Source: a virus (lineage: Duplodnaviria > Heunggongvirae > Uroviricota > Caudoviricetes). Taken from it: a DNA stretch of 64,000 bases. Below the pieces are notes generated by a model, which did no database searches, was not told where the DNA came from, and worked only from the letters and a program-made list of their open reading frames with translations. The DNA is taken from IMG/VR virus record IMGVR_UViG_3300035659_000001, one strand, 5' to 3'. Each line of letters starts with the position of its first letter. The first letter of the stretch is position 1. Positions 49,763 through 58,824 of this stretch are shown piece by piece. Position numbers and translations under genes: made by a program.

Positions 49763-50997
49763 TAGTCTTCTGATTTGAATTTGAGTTGAGAGATCGTACA
49801 TTCAGAAATATCAATATCATCTCTGAGTTCTTTGAAAGCTGGCTGATATAAGCAACCACCGCGATAAGCGTATAGGTATTTAATTTCTCCTATAGAGTTT
49901 ATGGGAGGTCGACGGTTGCAAGAGCAATAGCCTACAAATTCACGTTGGCCTTGATCATTAATGAGCTCCATACCAATAGAAGCTTTATTGGGACGACCTG
50001 CTACAATAATAACTGAGCATTCTGCGTAGAATTTGAGTTTGAAAGCGTCTGTGTTTTTGCCGGATGAGTAGGTAGCTGAGAGGCGTTTGAAAACGATACC
50101 TTCTTTACATGATGTCCATAAGTAGTTATAGAGAGCACGTTTTTCTTCTTTGGTAGAAGCGTATTTGAGGATTTTGATATTAAGGCCGAAAGAGAGTGAA
50201 GATAGTTTAGCATGGCGCATGTGATAGGGTAAGTTACGCATGTTGATGCCGTCGAGTTCAAGGATATCCCAGGTCCAGAAAGTGCTGTTGACTTGTTCAC
50301 CGTCTATTAGAAGTTCATGATTGCATTGACGGAGTGAGGGTTCAAATTCAGGAGCACAGCCGCAAGAGATTCCTTTTCTGTTTCGGACGATGAGTAGGTT
50401 GTTTTTGATTTGAAGGGTTAAGTGTTTGCCGTCTTTTTTCTCTTGGGCACAGAAATCACGGTTATTGAGATATTGTTCGAGTTCTGATTTATCGATTTCA
50501 GTGAGCAGTTGAGGTGTTATTAAATCAGTTAGTACAGTTGGCATTTTATAACAAGAACATGTATCACAGTTTGGTTTATGACCATGATCATCTGTAAGTT
50601 GGCAACCTTTTTTGTGAGCACAATCAGTGTTAGAGTTATTCATAGCTCTTGTAGTGTTCATATCTCTGTCAACTTCAACTTGTTTTCGAGGATGACGCAT
50701 GTTCATGATGGTGTCATAAGCAGTTTGAATTTTTAAAAATTCAGTAGGGTCATCACCGTCACGATCTGCTCGATGTAATTTTACAAGACGTCTGTATGAT
50801 TTTTTGACAGCTTCATCGTCTGCTGTTGGTTCAAGTTCAAGAATCATGAAAGCAGACATGCCGAGTATAGATTGAATAGTGTTTGATTTTGCAAAAACGT
50901 CTCCAAAAGTGGCTGCCCATTGAGTAGGATTGCCGTTTGGGCCGGTGTAAGTGCCGTATTTTGAAGTTGAATCAGTCCATATAGATTTTTTTGGCAT
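49762..50997 (-). CDS. J-domain (degenerate HPD) fused to an ATP-dependent ligase
   Basis: 'AFMILEL...VKKSYRRLVKLHRADRDG...FLKIQTAY'; 'EKKDG', 'IDGE', 'WDIL', 'EGIVFK', 'KLK', OB-fold; AAGGAG RBS at MPKK. Confidence 0.8.
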   Translation of the reverse strand: MPKKSIWTDSTSKYGTYTGPNGNPTQWAATFGDVFAKSNTIQSILGMSAFMILELEPTADDEAVKKSYRRLVKLHRADRDGDDPTEFLKIQTAYDTIMNMRHPRKQVEVDRDMNTTRAMNNSNTDCAHKKGCQLTDDHGHKPNCDTCSCYKMPTVLTDLITPQLLTEIDKSELEQYLNNRDFCAQEKKDGKHLTLQIKNNLLIVRNRKGISCGCAPEFEPSLRQCNHELLIDGEQVNSTFWTWDILELDGINMRNLPYHMRHAKLSSLSFGLNIKILKYASTKEEKRALYNYLWTSCKEGIVFKRLSATYSSGKNTDAFKLKFYAECSVIIVAGRPNKASIGMELINDQGQREFVGYCSCNRRPPINSIGEIKYLYAYRGGCLYQPAFKELRDDIDISECTISQLKFKSED

Positions 50998-51042
50998 GGA
51001 TATCTCCTTATAGATATAATCAGTTATTTTCAATGATTTTGG

Positions 51043-51234
51043 TCAGCAATTATGATATTCGTTATAAGATAAAGTGCCGCCTTTTTTTACGTATTGTTTG
51101 TAGCTCGCTTCTTTTTGCGAGGTGTACATATTTGTTTTGCATTTGAGACCGTCACTGTGAATATTGTGAGTGCAAGTTGTATATTCGGGACAGTCCCAAT
51201 TACAGCAAGTCGTTTTGTGATTGATATTTACCAT
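51043..51234 (-). CDS. Small Cys-rich protein
   Basis: Operon ORF. Confidence 0.55.
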   Translation of the reverse strand: MVNINHKTTCCNWDCPEYTTCTHNIHSDGLKCKTNMYTSQKEASYKQYVKKGGTLSYNEYHNC

Positions 51235-51503
51235 AAGTCTTCACTTGTTAAATTGAAAAATTTTGTATTTGTATTTTTGAGTTGACCAGCGTTTAGAGCG
51301 ATGCTTTTTGCTTCTATGCGATCGACGTATCGACCGGTAGAAGTGACAAAGCCGAATTCCATGACTAATAAGTCAAAGCTTTTTTGAACTAAAAATTTTA
51401 TAATGTCATTGTGACGACCAGGTTTTGGTAATACAGTGACGTCGTTATTTACTCGAATTGCTGCTAGTTGAATTGATTCAAGAGTAGTTGTAGATGTGTT
51501 CAT
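51228..51503 (-). CDS. Hypothetical phage protein
   Basis: 'GFVTSTGRYVDRIEA...AGQ...SEDLW'; AGGAG RBS. Confidence 0.75.
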   Translation of the reverse strand: MNTSTTTLESIQLAAIRVNNDVTVLPKPGRHNDIIKFLVQKSFDLLVMEFGFVTSTGRYVDRIEAKSIALNAGQLKNTNTKFFNLTSEDLW

Positions 51504-51787
51504 ATATTCTCCTTAGTATTTTGAACAGTTACTGTGTAGAAAGTATTGTCTTGTTTTTTGGCTGTTACAGTTCCGTCCGTGAAATGAAGGACAAAAATGT
51601 CAGCATCGTTTTTGTATTCAGAGAGAGTGCCGACAGGTCCATTGACTTTCATTGTGAATTCCATAGAGTGTTTGATTGCTTTGACGCAATTGACGCCTTG
51701 TTCTGGATAAGCAGTCAAGTTTGTGATTGCTTTATCACAAGTTTTCGTTTTGGAATAGATTGTTCGGTATAAATGTAATGTTTTCAT
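51500..51787 (-). CDS. Hypothetical protein
   Basis: GAGG RBS. Confidence 0.7.
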   Translation of the reverse strand: MKTLHLYRTIYSKTKTCDKAITNLTAYPEQGVNCVKAIKHSMEFTMKVNGPVGTLSEYKNDADIFVLHFTDGTVTAKKQDNTFYTVTVQNTKENI

Positions 51788-51796
51788 TTTGCCTCT

Positions 51797-52126
51797 TCAT
51801 TTGGTTTTTGATAATTGACATGCGTCAAAGTCCTTTTTTATGATTGAAATTTCATTTTCTATTTTTTTAGTTGCAGTTTTAAAGATCTCTGTTTTTAATG
51901 ATTGAGGTGTAGTCCAGTTTACTGAACTTTCATATACTTCACTTATTTCTTTTTGACGTTCTTGCTGATATTTGTCAAGTAGCGAGTTGAATTGTTTTTT
52001 GATTTCTTGGTTTTCAGCTTGCACTATGTTGATGATGTGTTTGGTCATATTTTCGATATATCGACCGTACGCATCTCGACCTAAGCAAGCGACGTTTTCA
52101 AGAATTGCAGTGATTTCTTGTTCCAT
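51797..52126 (-). CDS. Hypothetical protein
   Basis: AAGGA RBS. Confidence 0.7.
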   Translation of the reverse strand: MEQEITAILENVACLGRDAYGRYIENMTKHIINIVQAENQEIKKQFNSLLDKYQQERQKEISEVYESSVNWTTPQSLKTEIFKTATKKIENEISIIKKDFDACQLSKTK

Positions 52127-52128
52127 GA

Positions 52129-52353
52129 TTATTCCTTTACAAGCGATAAAGAACGCGATTTGTGAGATTTTTTCCGGTTGTCTTTTGTGAGCCAGCGATA
52201 AGCTGTTGATTTACTGACTGGTTTTACTTCACCGGAGACCTGACCGTATTTCGATTTTGTTGATGTCCAGATACTCATATAGATACTCCTATTTGTTTCA
52301 TGATTTTCAAAACTGATGTATTGCCTGTGATAGTTATTGTTTTTTCTTTCCAT
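52129..52353 (-). CDS. Hypothetical basic protein
   Basis: Operon ORF. Confidence 0.6.
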   Translation of the reverse strand: MERKNNNYHRQYISFENHETNRSIYMSIWTSTKSKYGQVSGEVKPVSKSTAYRWLTKDNRKKSHKSRSLSLVKE

Positions 52354-52510
52354 TTTGAATTACAGTTAACTTATCGTCAAACTTGCCATGCTTTTTGATT
52401 GTAAAATTCACTTTTGCTTCTTTTAAAGTGTTTAACAAAATTGTTGCAAAACTTGGCGACATGTTAAAGTTACCATAAGTTTTCGGAATATGCAAAAGTG
52501 AATTAAGCAT
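52334..52510 (-). CDS. Small hypothetical protein (true start probably 52510)
   Basis: AAGGAG RBS before MLNSLL; longer track ORF overlaps the SWIM gene. Confidence 0.55.
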   Translation of the reverse strand: MLNSLLHIPKTYGNFNMSPSFATILLNTLKEAKVNFTIKKHGKFDDKLTVIQNGKKKQ

Positions 52511-52784
52511 GAGTGAGAGCTCCTTTAATGTACGATTCAAGCGACTGACGGCCGTAAGCGCGACCTTTGAGACCAGCAGCGGTAAGATGTTTGCACTGGC
52601 CATGCCGGATATTTCCGCGACAGCTGCAGGTCCAGTATTGAGCACCGGGAGCGTTGTCATAAGAAACAAGATAAAGGTTGTTTGAAGATTCTGACCTGAC
52701 TTTGAAGCGAACTTTGTAACGGTCTGAATCGGGAAGAAGTTCAACTGCTGTTGCTTTGATTTTTGCTAAAAAGTTCATGATCAT
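52503..52784 (-). CDS. SWIM zinc-finger protein
   Basis: 'WTCSCRG...CKHL'. Confidence 0.82.
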   Translation of the reverse strand: MIMNFLAKIKATAVELLPDSDRYKVRFKVRSESSNNLYLVSYDNAPGAQYWTCSCRGNIRHGQCKHLTAAGLKGRAYGRQSLESYIKGALTHA

Positions 52785-52812
52785 CTCCTTGTTAATTATT
52801 ATTTCCTTATAA

Positions 52813-52874
52813 TAATATAATCATGTTATCTGCGTGTGCGGGCACAAAAAATGGCCGTATAAGGCGTTGATTCT
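52813..52874 (-). promoter_or_regulatory. Promoter-like motif P1
   Basis: AGAATCAA-N9-CGGCCATTTTTTG-N21-TGATTATATTA upstream of 52784. Confidence 0.75.
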
Positions 52875-53107
52875 GTTAGATCTACAATATCAAAACAGTA
52901 TTACAAGTTTTTACTTCAAAATCAAGCCAGCCGTTGTCACTTGGTCCGTAACTTATTGATTTTAAATAACTTATAGAGTATAGGTATTAGAAGACGACAG
53001 AGGTCAATAGAGAAGATAGAAAATTAGAGGTATTAGACTATTAACCATAGGCTTAGAGTTAACGGAGAAAGACGGTGTGTTTAGGATTAGTGGGCTATAG
53101 TGATAAT

Positions 53108-53169
53108 AGAATCAATAGGTTAAGCGGCCATTTTTTGAGCATGTTTTCATACGTTAATTGATTATATTA
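53108..53169 (+). promoter_or_regulatory. Promoter-like motif P2
   Basis: AGAATCAA-N9-CGGCCATTTTTTG-N21-TGATTATATTA upstream of 53189. Confidence 0.75.
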
Positions 53170-53188
53170 ATAGGAAAAGGAGAAAATT

Positions 53189-53371
53189 ATGAATCCATTT
53201 AAAACGCCCTACAAAGTAAAAAAGATCGATCGAAAGATTGAGATGTTTGATGGACGGCCAGATCGCAATGAAAAAATCAATGAAGACGATCTTATTAATC
53301 TGAAAATTGCGATGGAGTTGAAAGCGCCAAAAGGAAATGATCCTTTATACTTTTTTCTTATGAATGTTTGA
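53189..53371 (+). CDS. Small hypothetical protein
   Basis: AAGGAG RBS; 'INEDDLINLKIA' resembles the C-terminus of ORF 6878. Confidence 0.7.
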   Translation: MNPFKTPYKVKKIDRKIEMFDGRPDRNEKINEDDLINLKIAMELKAPKGNDPLYFFLMNV

Positions 53372-53570
53372 GGAAATTATGAAAACAGATCCCACACTTA
53401 AAGTTTTAAAAACAATGTGCAATGAAATTAAAAACGCACATGTAACGCTTGACAATGAAACGCTTGATATGTATATGAAAAAGTATTTAATTGACATAAT
53501 GGTTTTACTGGATTACTGGGAAATATTTGATCGGCTAACAATATCAGTACCGAAAAAAATGAGTACATAA
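53364..53570 (+). CDS. Hypothetical protein
   Basis: Operon ORF. Confidence 0.6.
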   Translation: MFEEIMKTDPTLKVLKTMCNEIKNAHVTLDNETLDMYMKKYLIDIMVLLDYWEIFDRLTISVPKKMST

Positions 53571-53587
53571 TTAACAAGGAGAGATTT

Positions 53588-54442
53588 ATGGCTACTATCG
53601 AATTGAATGACGCTGAACTTGCTCTCATTGAGAGTCAGAGAAAAAAGAAAGCAGCTGAAGACGAAGTAAAAGCTGCTCAGAAAAAAGTTGAAGATGCTCG
53701 GAGAGTGCAAGCCATGAAAGCTGAAATTGAGAAATTCGTTTCTCATACTCAGACTGAAAAATCTTTACTTAGCAGTTTGTATAACGATTTGCATTCAATG
53801 GATTCACGTTGGAAAATTGAAGTTGCTAAAAAGGATCGTACATTTAAATGCGAAAATCACAACTTTGGTGCTCACACTGTTCCAGAACTTATCGCAAAAG
53901 AAACTGTTGTTGTTGATAGCGTTAAATTGATGTTTGTGTGGGCAGTCGGTGCAGTTGTTTCAGTCAATGCAGAATATGATGATGGTGAATGGAAATATAG
54001 AACTGATCATCATTCAATAACGCCGTATGGAAAGTATTTCAAAACTGCTCGCGGGTTACATGAAAAGATTTTCAAACATTTTGACGAAATTGAGCAGCAG
54101 AAAATCATGAAGGCCAAGACTCTATCTCTTCAGGATGAAGCTGTCAATCTTTTGCAGACAATGTTTCCAGATATGAACGTGACAAAGTCAATGGATTATA
54201 CGCCGGATTACAATTCTCGATGTGATCGTTATGGACATTATGCAAACCGAAAAGAACGACAACTCGTTGTTGTTGAATTTTTGAATGGCGTGAAAGCTAC
54301 TTACACATTTTCAAAAGCAACAATCGTCACGGCCTTAGATGTAAATGAAGTGAAAGTGTCACTTATGACTTTGGATTACAGTTCAGTCAATTTCACAAGG
54401 GAAATGCTTTTAAACATCGTTAAAGATCTTCCTAAAAAATAA
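53588..54442 (+). CDS. Hypothetical protein with N-terminal coiled coil
   Basis: AAGGAG RBS, 284 aa. Confidence 0.8.
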   Translation: MATIELNDAELALIESQRKKKAAEDEVKAAQKKVEDARRVQAMKAEIEKFVSHTQTEKSLLSSLYNDLHSMDSRWKIEVAKKDRTFKCENHNFGAHTVPELIAKETVVVDSVKLMFVWAVGAVVSVNAEYDDGEWKYRTDHHSITPYGKYFKTARGLHEKIFKHFDEIEQQKIMKAKTLSLQDEAVNLLQTMFPDMNVTKSMDYTPDYNSRCDRYGHYANRKERQLVVVEFLNGVKATYTFSKATIVTALDVNEVKVSLMTLDYSSVNFTREMLLNIVKDLPKK

Positions 54443-54467
54443 TTCTCCTTATATTTTCTCCTTGAAG

Positions 54468-54496
54468 AAGGGAGGCCAACTTGGGCCTCTCTTTTT
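54468..54496 (+). terminator. Rho-independent terminator
   Basis: AAGGGAGGCC-loop-GGCCTCTCTT plus Ts. Confidence 0.75.
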
Positions 54497-54571
54497 GTTG
54501 CGAGCTCTAAAAGTGGTTGTGGTTTTTTTGAGTGATGTAACGCTGATTTGGCAGCACTTTTTCAACGTGTT

Positions 54572-54668
54572 CATTTGTAAACACGAACTGCAGCTCACGT
54601 TCAAAAATTGAAAATGCTGTCAGCAGAGACCGTTAGAGTTTTTATAAAAATGATTCGAGCTAGTTCAA
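54572..54668 (+). repeat. About 97-bp dispersed repeat, copy 2
   Basis: Aligns with 48139-48235. Confidence 0.8.
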
Positions 54669-54721
54669 GAATACTAAAGGGAAAACGGCCATTTTTTGAG
54701 GCTGCAAACGAGATCAAAAAT

Positions 54722-54746
54722 AAAGGCGGTTAGTAAGACCGCCCTT
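54722..54746 (-). terminator. Hairpin terminator downstream of ORF 54769
   Basis: AAGGCGGT-loop-ACCGCCCTT. Confidence 0.6.
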
Positions 54747-54768
54747 AGTTCAAAAGGATATAGAGGTT

Positions 54769-55515
54769 TTATTCTGCAGTGCTTTTCTTTTCTTTTTTCT
54801 CTTTCTTCTCTTTGAGTTCGTCAAAAACTGAAGTTTTTTGTGTAATAGTAATATCACAAAGCTTCTTTAGAGAGTCCATAACTTTAGTGACATCCTTATC
54901 AAAAGTTTCACTAAAGATCGTTTTATCGAGTTTGAATTCGATAGGTTCGATCGGGTCCGAAATTTGAACTGAGCATCGGCCGAATTTTGAAGAAGAAGCA
55001 CCGAGTATTTCTTTGACATATTTTTTAGTTTCTTTATGAATGCCAAAGTAGAAAATGACTCGGGATTTACCGGAAACAGATTTGGTTTTTTTTCTTGCTT
55101 TGTAAGCAATCATTCTGAAATCTTTGTCAGTACCATCAACATTTGCTGGCAAACCAAAAATGATTTTACCACATTTGTATCCGAGCTTTACGATTTTATA
55201 ACCGGCAAGACTGAGAGTTTCTATATACGTATCAAAGTCACGAACAATTTGTTCTATTGGAGGTCTAATATAACTTTCTTTGACTTCATCAATTTCTTTG
55301 GACTCGACTTTTGTTTCGGGTTTTTTGACAACCGGCTTCGGTTTAACTTTCTTTTCTTCATTGATAACAGTTGCTTCAATCGGTTTGACTTTTACTGTTG
55401 AAGTATCAGTATCAGTTTTGACAGCTGTCGGAGTTGCTTCAATTGGCTTGGTTGGTTTTTTGAGAGCCGAAGCAACTGGAGTTTTTTTGTCTATTATTTG
55501 CTGAAGTTCAGGCAT
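54769..55515 (-). CDS. Hypothetical protein with K/P/T-rich N-terminus
   Basis: GGAGG RBS. Confidence 0.75.
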   Translation of the reverse strand: MPELQQIIDKKTPVASALKKPTKPIEATPTAVKTDTDTSTVKVKPIEATVINEEKKVKPKPVVKKPETKVESKEIDEVKESYIRPPIEQIVRDFDTYIETLSLAGYKIVKLGYKCGKIIFGLPANVDGTDKDFRMIAYKARKKTKSVSGKSRVIFYFGIHKETKKYVKEILGASSSKFGRCSVQISDPIEPIEFKLDKTIFSETFDKDVTKVMDSLKKLCDITITQKTSVFDELKEKKEKKEKKSTAE

Positions 55516-55527
55516 TTTTATCCTCCA

Positions 55528-55968
55528 TTAAATTGAGATTTGTTTTTGTTCTAAAGTTTTTAAGAAAAAATTGACGATAACTGCTGATTTATTTTCAAAG
55601 TTTTCTCTATGATTAATATCTTTTAATGTTGATCGTATTAAACTAAGCTGTTTCATTAAAAAAGACGCTTTAATAGTATTTGGCATTTTCTCGTTTTTAA
55701 GTTCTTTTAACATTTGTAAACGTCTTTCTAATACATTACATTTCAAATTAGCTAACTCAACTCGATTCACTGCTCGATTATATATTGACCTCCCATTTTG
55801 AAACTCTTTCATTATTATAAACAATTCATTAACAATATTCATCTGGTAATTCATAGAAACAGTAATCAAATCTAACTCTTCAACTCGATCCTCAAGTGAC
55901 TTAATTTTTTGGACGATGACTTGCTGGTTGTTCATTCTTAATCCTATCTGGTTAATAACATTCATCAT
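55528..55968 (-). CDS. Coiled-coil hypothetical protein
   Basis: GAGGA RBS. Confidence 0.65.
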   Translation of the reverse strand: MMNVINQIGLRMNNQQVIVQKIKSLEDRVEELDLITVSMNYQMNIVNELFIIMKEFQNGRSIYNRAVNRVELANLKCNVLERRLQMLKELKNEKMPNTIKASFLMKQLSLIRSTLKDINHRENFENKSAVIVNFFLKTLEQKQISI

Positions 55969-56039
55969 CCTCTATATCCTTTATTACTAATCATTTAAAT
56001 AATCAAAGCAAGATTCCCTCAATAGTATAATCATTTAAA

Positions 56040-56702
56040 TCAATGACTTTGGTCAACTTTTGCTGAATTATCTTCTTTCTTCACCTTTATCCAATCTAAA
56101 ATGTCTACGCCTTTTCTAGCAAAATATGAGTATGGTGATGATTTCTTTTTAAAGACAATGCCTTCTTCTAAAGGATCAGCGCGTTTTATGATGTCGAAAT
56201 AAAGAGCTCTGATCTCTCTATTGTATTGTGTGATTCTATAGATTTTGCCCGTAGATTGTGTGTTGAAAAATTTTGGTTGTTTATCAAAGTCGTTGAGATA
56301 TTTGCGTCTTTCTAAAAGTGGTAGCGAACGTAGATCTTTTCCTTTGTAAAACATGCAGTCAAATAGAACTATAATATTTTTCACATCTTTGGTGCGGAAG
56401 TTAATTAATTCACCATCGAATATAGTATTCCTTGGTATGCCTTTAAAAGCTAAACTGAATAAGTCTTGTGGGACGTCAATGATAGTGCCGTTCCTATTGT
56501 AAAGTTTTAATGTGTCATCGATATGTGGCAGAATACGCCAACCATTTGCTTTAATTTCAGCATCATATCCTGAATTATTACACAATGACTTGAAAATGTC
56601 AGAGTCGGGCCATATTCTGCTAGGCTGAGGTGGATAGAAAAAATTCATGTTTCTCCAAAAGTGGCTGTTATTTTCTTTTCCAAATTTCTTTTTCTCGATC
56701 AC
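56040..56702 (-). CDS. ATP-dependent ligase adenylation domain without OB-fold
   Basis: 'EIKANGWR', 'YNRNG', 'FDGEL', 'LFDCMF', 'ERRKYL', 'EGIVFK', 'WIKVK'. Confidence 0.82.
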   Translation of the reverse strand: MIEKKKFGKENNSHFWRNMNFFYPPQPSRIWPDSDIFKSLCNNSGYDAEIKANGWRILPHIDDTLKLYNRNGTIIDVPQDLFSLAFKGIPRNTIFDGELINFRTKDVKNIIVLFDCMFYKGKDLRSLPLLERRKYLNDFDKQPKFFNTQSTGKIYRITQYNREIRALYFDIIKRADPLEEGIVFKKKSSPYSYFARKGVDILDWIKVKKEDNSAKVDQSH

Positions 56703-56895
56703 GACCAGCTAAATAAAAATATTTGCTCAAACAAAATACTAAAAGGCCTATGAAAATTATAGTCATCAAGCCGTACCAAGGATTTGCCCATGTTGCATCA
56801 TTGACTGCTTTTGTTTCATCTTTGAAAATTAAATTAAAAAGACAAAACATTGTTGCAAGCGCGAACCACGCATTTTTATAAAATCTTCGTGTCAT
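56668..56895 (-). CDS. Two-TM membrane protein
   Basis: Two hydrophobic helices. Confidence 0.65.
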   Translation of the reverse strand: MTRRFYKNAWFALATMFCLFNLIFKDETKAVNDATWANPWYGLMTIIFIGLLVFCLSKYFYLAGRDREKEIWKRK

Positions 56896-56984
56896 TATTC
56901 AACCTCAAGATAAGCTGCACCTAAAGCTCCTTTCCTGCTGCACCCTATAATTTCAGAGCCCGGCAAATTGAAAACAACGTCCTG

Positions 56985-57254
56985 CTAAACGGCTGATAGT
57001 TGCAGCAGTTTGTCGATACACTCAGACGCCTCGACCAAGTTGCCATTTCGTAACGCAACAAAAGCTGGCACCATGAGAGCGGCAATTTCAGCCCTTAGCT
57101 GTTGTATGTTATTTTTCTTTTGATTTCGATTACTGTTTCTTCCTGCTTCAAAAGCAGCTTTACATACTTTACAAGCTCCATCACAACAGCTGTTTGAAGA
57201 TGAAGAATTGCAAAAGTCATCATGAGTTTTAATTTTCTTTGATTGAATACTCAT
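56985..57254 (-). CDS. Cys-containing hypothetical protein
   Basis: 'QQLRAEIAAL...QLSAV'. Confidence 0.65.
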   Translation of the reverse strand: MSIQSKKIKTHDDFCNSSSSNSCCDGACKVCKAAFEAGRNSNRNQKKNNIQQLRAEIAALMVPAFVALRNGNLVEASECIDKLLQLSAV

Positions 57255-57571
57255 ACTTCAACCTGCTTTTCTTTCAAAAAGTTAAGTACACTATTTGCAA
57301 AAAATCTGCAATCTTTAGATGGATGCTTTGTACGTAAAATATTTGCTTCTTCTATAATAGCTTTTTTAATTTCAGCTCTTAACTGCGATTGTAGACCGTC
57401 AGCAACACACTTAATGTCTTGCAATGTTTGCATTACTGGGTGATGTTTGACTGCGTATGTTAGACCACATCCAGAACATGACCGCAAAATAGTTTGTTCT
57501 TCAAAGGAAGTATCGGTACTGCACTTAGGGCAAATACTGCTAGATGTAATTTTTTCTTCTATATTGCTCAT
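57251..57571 (-). CDS. Zn-ribbon protein
   Basis: CPKC...CSGC; 'SQLRAEI' shared with its neighbour. Confidence 0.7.
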   Translation of the reverse strand: MSNIEEKITSSSICPKCSTDTSFEEQTILRSCSGCGLTYAVKHHPVMQTLQDIKCVADGLQSQLRAEIKKAIIEEANILRTKHPSKDCRFFANSVLNFLKEKQVEV

Positions 57572-57592
57572 AAGCTTTTCCTTTTGTAAAAC

Positions 57593-57949
57593 TTAATTTG
57601 CTTGACGACCGTTGCTGTTAAACAACAATGACATTAACATTTGCTGAGCATGTTGTTTAAGTTTTTCAGTTTTAACGATTATGTACGCGTCGTAATCATT
57701 GTCGATATCCGGTGTGTCTTTGTAATCTTTTTCATAAGTATGACCGGTTTTACCGTTTTCATTGACCCAAATATGAAAGCCTTTAGTCTCAGCTTTCTCA
57801 GCTAGTTGCTTTAACAATGTGCAAAGCTGCATAAATTTATTACTATTATTTTCTTTGTTAGCAGTGCCTGCTTCTTTGTTAATAGTCCGGAACACTTTAA
57901 TGAGTTTGACTTTTTCATCAGAATCAATTTTTACAATCGTTTTAGACAT
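57593..57949 (-). CDS. Hypothetical protein
   Basis: AGGAGG RBS. Confidence 0.72.
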   Translation of the reverse strand: MSKTIVKIDSDEKVKLIKVFRTINKEAGTANKENNSNKFMQLCTLLKQLAEKAETKGFHIWVNENGKTGHTYEKDYKDTPDIDNDYDAYIIVKTEKLKQHAQQMLMSLLFNSNGRQAN

Positions 57950-58017
57950 TTGTCCTCCTGATTTGAGAAATTTACTGGTTGAAGTTGATCACAACTCTTC
58001 TTTTACCAGTATTTCAA

Positions 58018-58626
58018 TTATTTTGGATATCGTACTGACGGTGTCGACTGACAAGCATCAATAACTTTCTTGATAACATCTTTCTGTGTCGATGATAAAG
58101 TATCACGTAATGTAAAATATGTCTGTTGAAATTCTTTCGATGGTTTTACAGCTTCGTCAGTTAAGAAAAACTCTGACCAGCGAGTACCAAGAAGAACTTT
58201 GAGTTCTTTGATTTTTTCTTCATTTTCAACGAGTGTATTGACTTCAATGTCGGTGAACATGATTAGATATTTGTCGGTGAAGATTTCTTTTAATGGAACT
58301 CGCATGGCTTTATCCATTTTGGAATAAGCATCTTTGATCTGAATCTGGATTTTCAATTCTTCACCAGCAAGATTAACAGTTTTTGCAAAATTACCAGAAT
58401 CTTCAGCTTTTTTCTTGGCAGCTACAGCAGCAGCAATAAGATCGACTTCCATAATGGCAAGTTCAGTTTCCAGACTTTCAATAGTTCTGGCTTTTTCAAT
58501 AGCAGCATCGACCAATGCTTTTTTGTTCTCGATTAGCAATTGATCCGGTTTATTTTTCTTGTTACTAATCGAAGCTGTTAATTTTACTGAAAATTCGTCC
58601 AATACAACTTTTTCTTTTTTAGCCAT
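58018..58626 (-). CDS. Hypothetical protein
   Basis: AAGGAG RBS, 202 aa. Confidence 0.78.
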   Translation of the reverse strand: MAKKEKVVLDEFSVKLTASISNKKNKPDQLLIENKKALVDAAIEKARTIESLETELAIMEVDLIAAAVAAKKKAEDSGNFAKTVNLAGEELKIQIQIKDAYSKMDKAMRVPLKEIFTDKYLIMFTDIEVNTLVENEEKIKELKVLLGTRWSEFFLTDEAVKPSKEFQQTYFTLRDTLSSTQKDVIKKVIDACQSTPSVRYPK

Positions 58627-58644
58627 CTACATCTCCTTTGTTAT

Positions 58645-58690
58645 TAATATATTCAATCAAATCGTGTGAATTGGCCTCATAAAATGGCTG
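58645..58690 (-). promoter_or_regulatory. Promoter-like motif P3
   Basis: CAGCCATTTTATG-N22-TGAATATATTA upstream of 58626. Confidence 0.7.
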
Positions 58691-58824
58691 TTTCTACGTT
58701 TTTTAATAGGTTTATATTATAGACAAGATTTCATTAATAGTAATCCATTAACTAAAGGCTTCAACTTACTCTAATGACTTCTAATACGTTAAAACTTTCA
58801 ATACACTATTTGTCTATGTTGTTT

